Source of the DNA: Bacteroidetes bacterium SW_4_67_19 | Lineage (GTDB): Bacteria > Bacteroidota > Rhodothermia > Rhodothermales > Salinibacteraceae | Reading direction: 5' to 3' | Assembly (NCBI GenBank): GCA_003023275.1 | Contig: PXTX01000057.1 | Span: forward strand, 1 to 47,251 | Length of the DNA stretch: 47,251 nucleotides | Shown here: piece after piece, positions 16,275-24,778 of the stretch | How positions within the stretch are numbered: the first letter of the stretch is position 1 | How the letters are laid out: the number at the start of each line of letters is the position of its first letter | The notes under the pieces: model-generated | Told to the model about the DNA's origin: nothing | The model's database searches: none | What the model saw: only the letters and a program-made list of their open reading frames with translations | Program-made: the position numbers and the translations under genes

Positions 16275-17558
16275 ATGAAACATTACGTGGCCTCTCGCAC
16301 GAGACCGTGCCGCGCCTTTTTCGCCGACGGCTTGCTTTTTCGCGTGGACGATCTGCTTTATTCCATTGCGCGCTGGCTGGTGGTGGTCCTCGGCCTCTCG
16401 ATGGTCGGCGGGACGGTCCTCAGCTGGGTGCGCTCTCCGCACTGGTTCATTCGCGGTTGGGACTTCCCGCGCGTGCAGATCGTCGGCCTGGCGGGGCTGA
16501 GCGCGGGGCTGTATGCGGCCTTCTTCTCCTACAATACGTGGCTGGAGTGGGTCTTCATCGGCCTCTGCGCGGCGTGCGCGGCGTGGCAGTTCTACCGCAT
16601 CTTTCCCTACGTGCCGCTCGCCCCCGAGCACGTCGAAACGACGACCCGGCCGGCGGACGCCCCCTCCAGCCTGCGGCTCGTGGCCTCCAACGTGCTCAAA
16701 GACAACGAGCAGCACGACCGCTGGCTCGACGTCGTTCGCGGAGCCGATCCCGACCTGATTCTGGCCGTGGAGGTCGACGAGACATGGGACGATATGATCG
16801 AGGACGCGCTGGGGGAAGAGTACCCCTTTCAGGTGCGCCAGCCGCAGGACAATTACTACGGCATGGTGCTCTACTCGCGCCTCGAGCTCATCGACCCGGA
16901 GCTGCGCTTCATCGTGCAGGACGACGTGCCGTCGGTCCACACCGGCGTGGAGCTGCGCTGCGGGCAGCGCATCTACCTGCACGGGGTGCACCCGCGCCCG
17001 CCCGAGCCGCTGCGCGACGAAGACGCCACCGCCCGCGACGCCGAAGTCGTCATCGTAGGGCGCGAAATCGAGGGCGAGGCCGAGGGGGAGCAGCGTCCCG
17101 TCATCGTGGCCGGCGACTTCAACGACGTGGCCTGGTCGCACACCTCGAAGTTGTTTCAGAAGGTGAGCCGCCTGCTGGACCCGCGCAAGGGGCGCGGCTT
17201 TTTCAACACATTCGACGCGCGCTACCCGCTGCTGCGCTTCCCGCTCGACCACGTCTTTCACTCCAACCACTTCAAACTCATCAACTTGGAGCTGCTTCCG
17301 TTCGTAGGATCGGATCACTTTCCGGTGTCCATTACGCTGAGCTACGAGCCGACGGCGCCCGTCGAGCAGCCCGAGCCGGAGAAAAGCGCCGGAGACGAAG
17401 AGGAGGCGCAGGAAAAGGTCGAGCGCGCCGCCGAGGAAAACGACGAAGAAAAGGTCATGCGAAACGAAGGCGCGCACCCGCAACCCCAGGCGCTCGCGCA
17501 CCCCGACCCGGACCAGGAGCCGGCGTCCCCAGAAGATGAGGACGTGCGCCGCCCGTGA
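16275..17558 (+). CDS. membrane-anchored endonuclease/exonuclease/phosphatase (EEP) family protein
   Basis: N-terminal multi-TM region (LVVVLGLSMVGG.., GLAGLSAGLYAAFF.., VFIGLCAACAAW). C-terminal EEP signatures (LRLVASNVL, ILAVEVD, VIVAGDFNDVAWS, SDHFPV). Acidic tail. The start could be TTG 16248 or ATG 16275. Confidence 0.8.
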   Translation: MKHYVASRTRPCRAFFADGLLFRVDDLLYSIARWLVVVLGLSMVGGTVLSWVRSPHWFIRGWDFPRVQIVGLAGLSAGLYAAFFSYNTWLEWVFIGLCAACAAWQFYRIFPYVPLAPEHVETTTRPADAPSSLRLVASNVLKDNEQHDRWLDVVRGADPDLILAVEVDETWDDMIEDALGEEYPFQVRQPQDNYYGMVLYSRLELIDPELRFIVQDDVPSVHTGVELRCGQRIYLHGVHPRPPEPLRDEDATARDAEVVIVGREIEGEAEGEQRPVIVAGDFNDVAWSHTSKLFQKVSRLLDPRKGRGFFNTFDARYPLLRFPLDHVFHSNHFKLINLELLPFVGSDHFPVSITLSYEPTAPVEQPEPEKSAGDEEEAQEKVERAAEENDEEKVMRNEGAHPQPQALAHPDPDQEPASPEDEDVRRP

Positions 17559-17616
17559 GGAAGGCGGGGGCGGTCCGTACGTGATTTTCCCGAACGAATT
17601 CCCCCGCGCAGCGGCC

Positions 17617-18402
17617 ATGAACGAGGATGATTCGGCCCGCGAGCGCGCCGCCTACCTGGGGAAGAAGACGCGGGCGTACCTGGTGCACGTCTACACCGCC
17701 TCGGGGGTGGCGTTTGCCTTTCTGGCCGCGCGCGACATCGCGCTGGAGCGCGAAGCGTTCTGGGTGTTCGTGTGGCTCATCGTGGCCGGTGTCATCGACG
17801 CGACGGACGGGCCGCTCGCGCGCCGATGGAACGTGAAGACGCGCGCCCCGCGCATCGGCGGGGACGTCATCGACGACATTGTCGACTATCTCACCTTTAC
17901 GTTTGTGCCGCTGTTTCTGGTGTGGCGGCAGGAATGGCTGCCCCCCCCGGAGGCGCTCTGGATCATTCTGGCAATGGTGGTGAGCCTGCTGGGCTTCGCC
18001 AACACGGCCGCGAAGCAGACGAAGGACGGCTTCTTTCGCGGATTCCCGTCATACTGGAACATCGTGGCCTTTTACGTGGGCCTGTGGGCGACCAATTACC
18101 CGTGGGGGGCCACCGCTTCGCTGATCGCGGTTCTCGTGCTCGCGGCGCTCACCCTCGCGCCGGTGCGGTTCATCTACCCGAACCGCGCGCCGCCGCCCTG
18201 GCGGGGCATCGTCATCTGGGGCGCAGTGGGCTGGATGGGGCTGCTGCTGGTCATGCTCATGTCCTACCCCGACCTCTCCGGCTGGGCCGCGTGGGGCCTC
18301 ATGCCGCTTTCGCTGGTGTATCCCGCGTTTTACTTCGGTCTCTCGTTCTACCTCGACGTGCAGAGCCGCAGGGAGCCGGGCGACCCCGGCGGCGCAACGT
18401 AG
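17617..18402 (+). CDS. CDP-alcohol phosphatidyltransferase family protein (phosphatidylcholine synthase-like)
   Basis: Motif DATDGPLARRWNVKTRAPRIGGDVIDDIVD fits D-x2-DG-x2-AR...G-x3-D-x3-D. The protein is polytopic, and HVYTASGVAFAFLA resembles Pcs-type enzymes. Confidence 0.8.
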   Translation: MNEDDSARERAAYLGKKTRAYLVHVYTASGVAFAFLAARDIALEREAFWVFVWLIVAGVIDATDGPLARRWNVKTRAPRIGGDVIDDIVDYLTFTFVPLFLVWRQEWLPPPEALWIILAMVVSLLGFANTAAKQTKDGFFRGFPSYWNIVAFYVGLWATNYPWGATASLIAVLVLAALTLAPVRFIYPNRAPPPWRGIVIWGAVGWMGLLLVMLMSYPDLSGWAAWGLMPLSLVYPAFYFGLSFYLDVQSRREPGDPGGAT

Positions 18403-18454
18403 CGCTTCGCAAGGCGCTGTGCCCGCTCGCGTGAGCGACGGAATCCCACGCTCG

Positions 18455-18496
18455 GTAGGCGCGAGAGCAGGTCCAGTAGGCGTGAGGGCAGGTCAA
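18455..18496. repeat. 21-bp imperfect tandem repeat x2 in the convergent spacer
   Basis: gtaggcgcgagagcaggtcca (18455-18475) and gtaggcgtgagggcaggtcaa (18476-18496). 18 of 21 positions are identical. The second unit overlaps the galK stop codon. Confidence 0.85.
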
Positions 18497-19611
18497 CTCA
18501 CCATGCCCGCTTCAACGTTGTCTTCGATCACGTAGAACGTCGGCTCCTGCTCGTCGAAGCGCTCGGCGAAGCGCTGGCGGGCGTGCTGTTGGAAGCGCTC
18601 GACCGCCGGACGCCGCGCGAGCGTAACCGTGCACCCCCCGAAGCCGCCCCCCGTCATGCGCGCGCCGAGGACGCCGTCGGTGTCGCGCGCCGCTTCGACC
18701 AGCGCGTCCAGTTCGGGACTGCTGACCTCGTAGTCGTCGCGCAGGCTGGCGTGCGAGGCGAAGATGTCGTTTCCGAGCGCGCCGAGGTCGCCGGCGTCGA
18801 GATGCTCCTTGGCGTCGAGCACGCGCGCGTTTTCGCTCACGACGTGGCGGGCGCGCCGGTCGAGCGGTTCCGGCAGCGCCGAGCCGTGCGTCTCGAGCAT
18901 GTCGGGCGTGGCGTCGCGCAGTGCCTGGATGTCTTCGTCGGTGTGCTCGCGGAGCGCGGCGGCGGCGCGCTGGCACTCCTCGCGGCGCTCGTTGTACTTC
19001 GAGGCCGCCAGCTCGCGGCGCACGCCCGTGTCGGTGACCACCAGCGCCGCCTCGCGTTCGTCGAGCTGGAGCGGCACGTGTTCGTGCGACAGCGAGCGGC
19101 AGTCCAGAAAGAGTGCGTGCCCGGCCCGCCCGAGGCGCGCGGCGAACTGGTCCATAATCCCGCACTCGACGCCGGCGTACTCGTGCTCGACCTGCTGGCC
19201 GAGCTGGGCCGTCTCGACGGGAGCGAGCGGCCCGCCGGAGGCCACGTCGGCGAAGAGCATGTCCAGCGCCACGGCGGTGGCCATCTCCAGTGCCGCCGAC
19301 GAGCTGAGGCCAGCCCCCAGCGGCACGTCGCCGTCGATGATCGCCTCGAAGCCACTGCCGAGGCGCTCGCGCCGGCACAGCGCGTCGGCCATGCCTCCGG
19401 CGTAGGCGGCCCACCCCTCATGCGGCGGCCCCTCCGCCAGCCTGTAGCTGACCTCTTCGTCGAACGCCGTGGCGTAGAGGCGCACCCGCTCGTCGGAACG
19501 CCGGCGCACGGCCACGTACGTCGCGCGGTCGATGGTCGTCGGCAGGACGAAGCCGCCGGAGTAGTCGGTGTGCCCGCCGATCAGATTGACGCGCCCCGGC
19601 GCACGTGCCAC
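18493..19611 (-). CDS. galK: galactokinase
   Basis: APGRVNLIGGHTDYSGGFVLP, GAGLSSSAALEMA, ECGIMDQFA, and GARMTGGGFGGCTVTL. The only in-frame start is GTG 19611. Homology-like sequence continues upstream with no start codon (see finding). Confidence 0.92.
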   Translation of the reverse strand: MARAPGRVNLIGGHTDYSGGFVLPTTIDRATYVAVRRRSDERVRLYATAFDEEVSYRLAEGPPHEGWAAYAGGMADALCRRERLGSGFEAIIDGDVPLGAGLSSSAALEMATAVALDMLFADVASGGPLAPVETAQLGQQVEHEYAGVECGIMDQFAARLGRAGHALFLDCRSLSHEHVPLQLDEREAALVVTDTGVRRELAASKYNERREECQRAAAALREHTDEDIQALRDATPDMLETHGSALPEPLDRRARHVVSENARVLDAKEHLDAGDLGALGNDIFASHASLRDDYEVSSPELDALVEAARDTDGVLGARMTGGGFGGCTVTLARRPAVERFQQHARQRFAERFDEQEPTFYVIEDNVEAGMVS

Positions 19612-19912
19612 GACGGCCGGAGCGGCAGGCTCCGGGGCGGCCCCGAAGCGCTCGCGGATCTGCTGGCGGAGCTTGGATCGGGAAAAGCGTCGAGATCGGT
19701 GTGCACGCGATGCGGGTGCGGGTTGAACGTTGAAAGATAGGAGGGGTTGAAGGGGAAGAGGGACACTGTTCTCCCGCTGGAGGGTCCCGTTTTAGTGCTC
19801 GGGCAGAGATTGTCAGTCGTCAGTTCCCGATTTGCGACCGGCCCCAGCGGCGCTCCACGCTCCTTCGCCTTCCTCATTGTCCCCTCTCACCTTCACGCTC
19901 GAAGCGCGTTCC

Positions 19913-21535
19913 TCACCAGAACATCGCGTAGAGCGCGGCGGTGATGCCGAGGATGCCGAAGGCGGCCACGTTGTACACCGGGTCGCCTACCATCGAGACA
20001 TTCGAAATGTCGACGGCCCTCGGATGATCCTTGCCCTTGCCCTCCAGGAGCGAGATCACCACGATCAGCGCCACCGAGAGGAAAAACACGATCAACATGC
20101 GCCGCAGGAAGGGCACGTCCGGCGCGAGGAACTTCATCCCCGCCGAGAACGGGATCGAGAGGACCGCCGAGGCGAGCGCGGCGTTGGGCGTAGATTTCTT
20201 CCAGAACAGGCCCATCATGAACACCGCCAGCACGCCGGGGCTGACAAAGCCGGTGTACTCCTGAATGTACTGAAAGACCTGGTCGAGTGCCGCCAGCTGC
20301 GGGGCCATCAGGCACGCGATCACGATGCAGATGAAGCTCACCACGCGCCCCATGGTCACGAGGTTCCCTTCCGAGGCGTCTTCGCCGTAGGAGGACGTTT
20401 TGTAGAGGTCCATCGTGAAAATCGTCGCCGTTGAGTTCATCATCGAAGCCAGCGACGAGACGATGGCTGCCACCAGCGCCGCGAAGGCCAGCCCGCGCAC
20501 CCCCGGGCCGAGGTACTGCCCCAGCAGCCACGGGTAGGCGTCGTCGGCCACGTTGATGCTGGCGGGGTCGAGCGCGTAGGCGACGATGCCGGGCACCACC
20601 ACCACCATTGGCAGGAGCAGCTTCAGGTAGCCGGCAAAGGCAAGGCCGCGCTGCGCTTCCTTGAGGTCTTTGGCCGCCAGCGCGCGCTGGATGATGTACT
20701 GATTGCAGCCCCAGTAGAAGAGGTTCGCCACCCACAGCCCGCCGATGATGACCCCGAGGCCGGGCAGAAGCTGGTAGGCGTCTTTGGTAACCCCTTTGTT
20801 GTTGGTATACGTCAACTCCCCCTCGAAAAGAATCAGGTTGAAGCGATTGCTGAAGTCCGAAAGCATCCCCGACAGGCCGGCGATGGGTCCGTTGGAGCCG
20901 ATGCTCTCGGCGTAGGCGTCGAGGGCGAACCACGTCGTCAGCGTCAGCAGCCCCCCGCCGATGAGCACGAAGACCTGGATTACGTCCGTCCAGGCCACCG
21001 CCTTGAGGCCGCCGTAGATCGAGTACGCCGTGGCGAAGCTCGCCAGAAAGAGGATGCCCAGCCAGAACGGCGTGCCCATGATCTCCCCCATCGCCAACGC
21101 GCCGAGGTAGAGCACGCTCGTCAGGTTGACGAACACGTACACCAGGAGCCAGAAGACCGCCAGGAGCGTCCGCACGCGGTGGTCGTAGCGTTCCTCCAGA
21201 AACTGCGGCATCGTGAAAATCTCCTTCTCCAGGTAGATCGGCAGAAAGAACCACGCGATCACCAGCAGGCAAACCGCTGCCATCCACTCATACGAAGCAA
21301 TCGCCAGCCCCACCCGGAAGCCCGACCCACTCATCCCGATAAACTGCTCGGCGGAGATGTTCGAGGCGATCAGCGAGGCCCCGATGGCCCAGAACGGAAG
21401 CGCCTTGCTGGCCAGGAAGTAGTCGGCAGAGTCTTTTTCATGCCCTTCTTCTTCCTGCGAGACCCACAAACCCGCTCCCACGATTACCGCGATGTAGACG
21501 AAAAAGATGACGTAGTCGAGAAGAATGAAGTCCAT
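19913..21535 (-). CDS. sodium:solute symporter (SSS/SGLT family, probable sugar transporter)
   Basis: 540 aa and polytopic. Contains DYFLASKALPFWAIGASLIASNISAEQFIGMSGSG, typical of the SSF/SGLT family. Lies upstream of galK on the same strand. Confidence 0.9.
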   Translation of the reverse strand: MDFILLDYVIFFVYIAVIVGAGLWVSQEEEGHEKDSADYFLASKALPFWAIGASLIASNISAEQFIGMSGSGFRVGLAIASYEWMAAVCLLVIAWFFLPIYLEKEIFTMPQFLEERYDHRVRTLLAVFWLLVYVFVNLTSVLYLGALAMGEIMGTPFWLGILFLASFATAYSIYGGLKAVAWTDVIQVFVLIGGGLLTLTTWFALDAYAESIGSNGPIAGLSGMLSDFSNRFNLILFEGELTYTNNKGVTKDAYQLLPGLGVIIGGLWVANLFYWGCNQYIIQRALAAKDLKEAQRGLAFAGYLKLLLPMVVVVPGIVAYALDPASINVADDAYPWLLGQYLGPGVRGLAFAALVAAIVSSLASMMNSTATIFTMDLYKTSSYGEDASEGNLVTMGRVVSFICIVIACLMAPQLAALDQVFQYIQEYTGFVSPGVLAVFMMGLFWKKSTPNAALASAVLSIPFSAGMKFLAPDVPFLRRMLIVFFLSVALIVVISLLEGKGKDHPRAVDISNVSMVGDPVYNVAAFGILGITAALYAMFW

Positions 21536-21544
21536 GCTTTAGCT

Positions 21545-21581
21545 GGATGAGGCGTTCTGGATGAGAGGCGTTCTGGGTGAG
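21545..21581. repeat. tandem word repeat in the 5' leader of the symporter gene
   Basis: ggatgaggcgttct (21545-21558), ggatgagaggcgttct (21559-21574), then gggtgag. On the minus strand this reads as the C/A-rich CATCCAGAACGCCT repeat just upstream of the ATG at 21535. Confidence 0.8.
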
Positions 21582-21600
21582 TGCGACCGGCTGGGGGAAG

Positions 21601-21765
21601 GCGTATCGCGTGATGCGTGAAACGTGACGCGTGATGCTGCCTTCTACGGGTGCCGGGAGAGCAGGCCGGTGGGGGTTCTTCTCTGAATGGCGTTGCCGGT
21701 TGTTTTTCGGATGCGGGCGCTTCGGGCAGCCATCACGCAATACGCATCACGCAATACGCATCACG
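21601..21765. repeat. GTGATGCGT-family inverted repeat with a 14-nt tandem array in the divergent symporter/xylA spacer
   Basis: Left arm gcgtatcgcgtgatgcgtgaaacgtgacgcgtgatgctg (21601-21639). The right arm is catcacgcaatacg x2 (21731-21758) plus catcacg (21759-21765), the reverse-complement word set. Confidence 0.8.
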
Positions 21766-21931
21766 AAAAAACCGCTTTCAAGTTGGCGGCACAATTTATA
21801 CGTTTAAGGCCGAGAAGATCAACTGCGCGTCGCGTGGCGGATTGACGGTGGAACGTTTTTCAGCCCGCGAAGCGCGTGGTGTCGTGCAGCGCGCCTACCA
21901 TTCTCCCGGACTCCCGCACTCCCACGCTCCC

Positions 21932-22987
21932 ATGCCCTACCAGCCGCGTCCCGAACACAAATTCTCCTTCGGCCTGTGGACCGTCGGCAATCCCGGCGGC
22001 GACCCGTTCGGCCCGCCCGTGCGCGAGCCGCGTTCGCCGGTGGAGTTGGTGCACCTGCTCGCCGAAGCGGGGGCCTACGGCGTCAACTTCCACGACAACG
22101 ACCTCGTGCCCATCGACGCTTCGGCACAGGAGCGCGACCGCATCGTGAGCGATTTCAAGAGCGCTCTCGACGACACGGGCCTCACTGTGCCGATGGCGAC
22201 GACCAACCTGTTCAGCGACCCGGCCTTTCGCGACGGGGCCTTCACCAGCCACGACCCGGAAGTCCGCGACTACGCCTTGCAGAAGACGATGCGCGCGATG
22301 GACCTGGGGGCCGAGCTGGGGGCGGACGTGTACGTCTTCTGGGGCGGGCGCGAAGGGGCCGAAACCGACGCCGGCCAGCCGCCCACCGACGCGATCAAGC
22401 GCTACCGCGAAGCGATCAACTATCTCGCCGAGTACAACGCCGACCAGGGCTACGGCCTGCGCTTCGCGCTGGAGCCGAAGCCCAACGAGCCGCGCGGCAA
22501 CCTGTTTTTCCCGACCGTCGGCGCGGCCTGGGACGCGGGCAAGCTTTTTCACATCGACCTCAACGACCAGGCGTTCGGGCGCTACGACCAGGACTTCCGC
22601 TTCGGCGCAGAAAGCCCGAAGCGCGCGTTCTTCCTGGTGCGCTTTCTGGAAGAAGTCGCCGGCTACGACGGCCCGCGCCACTTCGACGCGCACGCGCACC
22701 GCACCTCCGGCTGGGCAGACGTGAAATCCTTCGCCGAGGGGTGCATGAGAACGTACCTCATCCTCAAGGACAAGGCCGAGCAGATGGGCGACGACGAGGA
22801 GATCCAGGCGCTCCTCGACGAGATCAATCCCGACGACGCGCAGAGCGAGGCTGCCGCCGGCTACTCCGCCGATGGAGCGGCTTCACTCAAGGAGCGTAGC
22901 GTCGACCGTGAGACGCTGGGCGAGCGCTCGAAGCCCTACGAACGCCTCGACCAGCTCGTGACGGAGTTGCTGCTGGGGGTACGGTAG
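21932..22987 (+). CDS. xylA: xylose isomerase (class I, Thermus/actinobacterial type) lacking about 36 internal residues; possibly non-functional
   Basis: [74 protein letters not shown]. Collinear with class I XylA, except that the segment normally between TVG and [11 protein letters not shown] (which includes NPE-x-HE) is absent. 351 aa against about 387. Confidence 0.85.
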   Translation: MPYQPRPEHKFSFGLWTVGNPGGDPFGPPVREPRSPVELVHLLAEAGAYGVNFHDNDLVPIDASAQERDRIVSDFKSALDDTGLTVPMATTNLFSDPAFRDGAFTSHDPEVRDYALQKTMRAMDLGAELGADVYVFWGGREGAETDAGQPPTDAIKRYREAINYLAEYNADQGYGLRFALEPKPNEPRGNLFFPTVGAAWDAGKLFHIDLNDQAFGRYDQDFRFGAESPKRAFFLVRFLEEVAGYDGPRHFDAHAHRTSGWADVKSFAEGCMRTYLILKDKAEQMGDDEEIQALLDEINPDDAQSEAAAGYSADGAASLKERSVDRETLGERSKPYERLDQLVTELLLGVR

Positions 22988-23011
22988 TTCGTGGGTCGTC
23001 CGTTGTCAGTT

Positions 23012-23068
23012 TTTTCAGTTATCGGTTTCTCGTGTGGCTTCCGAGCGCTGAAAACCGAACACTGAAAA
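23012..23068. repeat. 17-bp inverted repeat (hairpin) in the xylA-xylB spacer
   Basis: ttttcagttatcggttt (23012-23028) against aaaccgaacactgaaaa (23052-23068). 15 of 17 positions are complementary. Extra TTTTCAG/CTGAAAA words flank both arms. Confidence 0.8.
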
Positions 23069-23158
23069 CCCGTACCCAGACGCCGAAAACGAGTCACCCC
23101 AGCACCCCACCAGCGGAAGAAGAACGTTCAACCTTCAACCCGAAACCGCGCGAAGCGC

Positions 23159-24655
23159 ATGTTTCTCGGCCTCGACGTCGCCACCTCCGCCACGAAAGCC
23201 CTTCTGATCGGCGAAGCGGGCGACGTGGCGGGCGTGGCCTCCAGCGCGCACGAGACGCACACGCCCGAGCCGCTGTGGAGCGAGCAGGACCCGTCCGACT
23301 GGTGGACCGCCGCGCAAGAGAGCATTCGCACGGTCCTCGATAAAAGCGACACCGCGCCCGAAGCCGTCGACGTCGTCGGGCTGACGGGGCAGATGCACGG
23401 CCTCGTGCTGCTCGACGAGCGCGGCGAGGTGTTGCGCCCGGCCATTCTGTGGAACGACCAGCGGACCGCTGCCGAGTGCGACGCCATGCGCGCGGCGCTG
23501 GGCAAAGAGCGCCTCGTCCAGCTCACCGGCAACGACGCGCTGCCCGGCTTTACCGCCCCGAAGTTGCTCTGGGTAAGAGAGCACGAACCCGAGGTGTACG
23601 CCCGCGCCGCGCAGGCGCTACTGCCGAAGGACTACGTGCGCTTTAAGCTCACCGGCCGCTACGCGACTGACAAGGCGGGCGCAGCGGGCACCATTCTCTT
23701 CGATCTCGAAGCGCGCGACTGGTCCGCCGAGGTGCTGGGGGCGCTGGACGTGGACCCCGGCTGGCTCCCGCCCACGCACGAAGGAACCGCCGTGACGGGT
23801 GAAATGACCGCCGAGGCGGCCGATGCGACGGGGCTGGCGGAGGGAACGCCCGTCGTGGCCGGAGGCGGCGACCAGTCTGCGGCCGCCGTGGGCACCGGGG
23901 CCGTCGAGGAAGGCGTCGTGTCGATCAGCCTGGGCACCTCGGGGGTCGTCTTTGCGGCGACTGGGCGGCCCACTATTGAGCCGGAGGGGCGGCTGCACGC
24001 CTTCTGCCACGCCGCGCCGGGCACGTGGCACCTGATGGGCGTGATGCTCTCGGCGGCCGGCAGCCTCCAGTGGTACCGCGACACCCTCGCGCCCGAGACG
24101 GACTTCGACGATTTGCTGGCCCCGGCGTCCGAGGTGGTCCCCGGCAGCGACGGGCTCTTCTTTTTGCCCTACCTCACCGGCGAGCGCACCCCGCATCCCG
24201 ACCCGCGGGCGCGCGGCGGCTTCATCGGCCTCACTGCGCGTCACGAGCAACCGCACCTCACGCGCGCCGTGCTCGAAGGGGTCGCCTTCGGGCTGCGCGA
24301 CAACTTCGCGCTGATGCAGGAAACCGGCCTCGCCCGCGTCGACGAAGCGCGCATTACCGGCGGCGGCACCCAGAGCGCCCTCTGGCGCCAGATCATCGCC
24401 GACGTGCTGGGCGTGGAACTGGCGACCGTCGCCAACCCCGAGGGCGCGGCCTACGGCGCGGCGCTGCTGGCAGGCGTGGGGGCGGGTCGCTGGCCGAGCG
24501 TCCAGGCGGCCTGCACCGAGACCGTCGCCGTGACCGAGCGCACCGCGCCCCGGCCCGAGCCGGCGGCCGTCTACGACGAAGGGTACCAGGCGTACCGGCG
24601 GCTCTACCCTGCGCTGCGGCCCATTTTCCACGAAGAGAAAACGTTCGAGGGGTAA
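23159..24655 (+). CDS. xylB: xylulokinase
   Basis: 498 aa, FGGY kinase pattern. Contains MFLGLDVATSATKALL, GLTGQMHGLVLLD, RPAILWNDQR, FLPYLTGERTPH, and ITGGGTQSALWRQI. Directly follows xylA. Confidence 0.92.
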   Translation: MFLGLDVATSATKALLIGEAGDVAGVASSAHETHTPEPLWSEQDPSDWWTAAQESIRTVLDKSDTAPEAVDVVGLTGQMHGLVLLDERGEVLRPAILWNDQRTAAECDAMRAALGKERLVQLTGNDALPGFTAPKLLWVREHEPEVYARAAQALLPKDYVRFKLTGRYATDKAGAAGTILFDLEARDWSAEVLGALDVDPGWLPPTHEGTAVTGEMTAEAADATGLAEGTPVVAGGGDQSAAAVGTGAVEEGVVSISLGTSGVVFAATGRPTIEPEGRLHAFCHAAPGTWHLMGVMLSAAGSLQWYRDTLAPETDFDDLLAPASEVVPGSDGLFFLPYLTGERTPHPDPRARGGFIGLTARHEQPHLTRAVLEGVAFGLRDNFALMQETGLARVDEARITGGGTQSALWRQIIADVLGVELATVANPEGAAYGAALLAGVGAGRWPSVQAACTETVAVTERTAPRPEPAAVYDEGYQAYRRLYPALRPIFHEEKTFEG

Positions 24656-24778
24656 CGACGGCAGGTGCGAGTTCCCCGAAAATGAGGCCCCAGCAACCGA
24701 GTCGTCCGCACCACGGCGCGCGGTGACACTCTGGTTTTCACAACTCGGGTTGCGGCACTTCACCCCGCGCGGGGAGCG

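Noticed and set aside
14490-17618. 1042-aa minus-strand ORF spanning the acyl-CoA synthetase and EEP genes. Similar antisense ORFs occur at 29197..31425, 32152..33996 and 42127..43302.
   Set aside because: Same GC artefact. Each is antisense to a plus-strand gene with clear family signatures, and the translations are low-complexity and Arg/Ala/Gly-rich.
21650-21931. 94-codon N-terminal extension of the xylA ORF.
   Set aside because: It translates the ACGCATCAC tandem array and the spacer. Class I xylose isomerases begin at the equivalent of [19 protein letters not shown] (ATG 21932).
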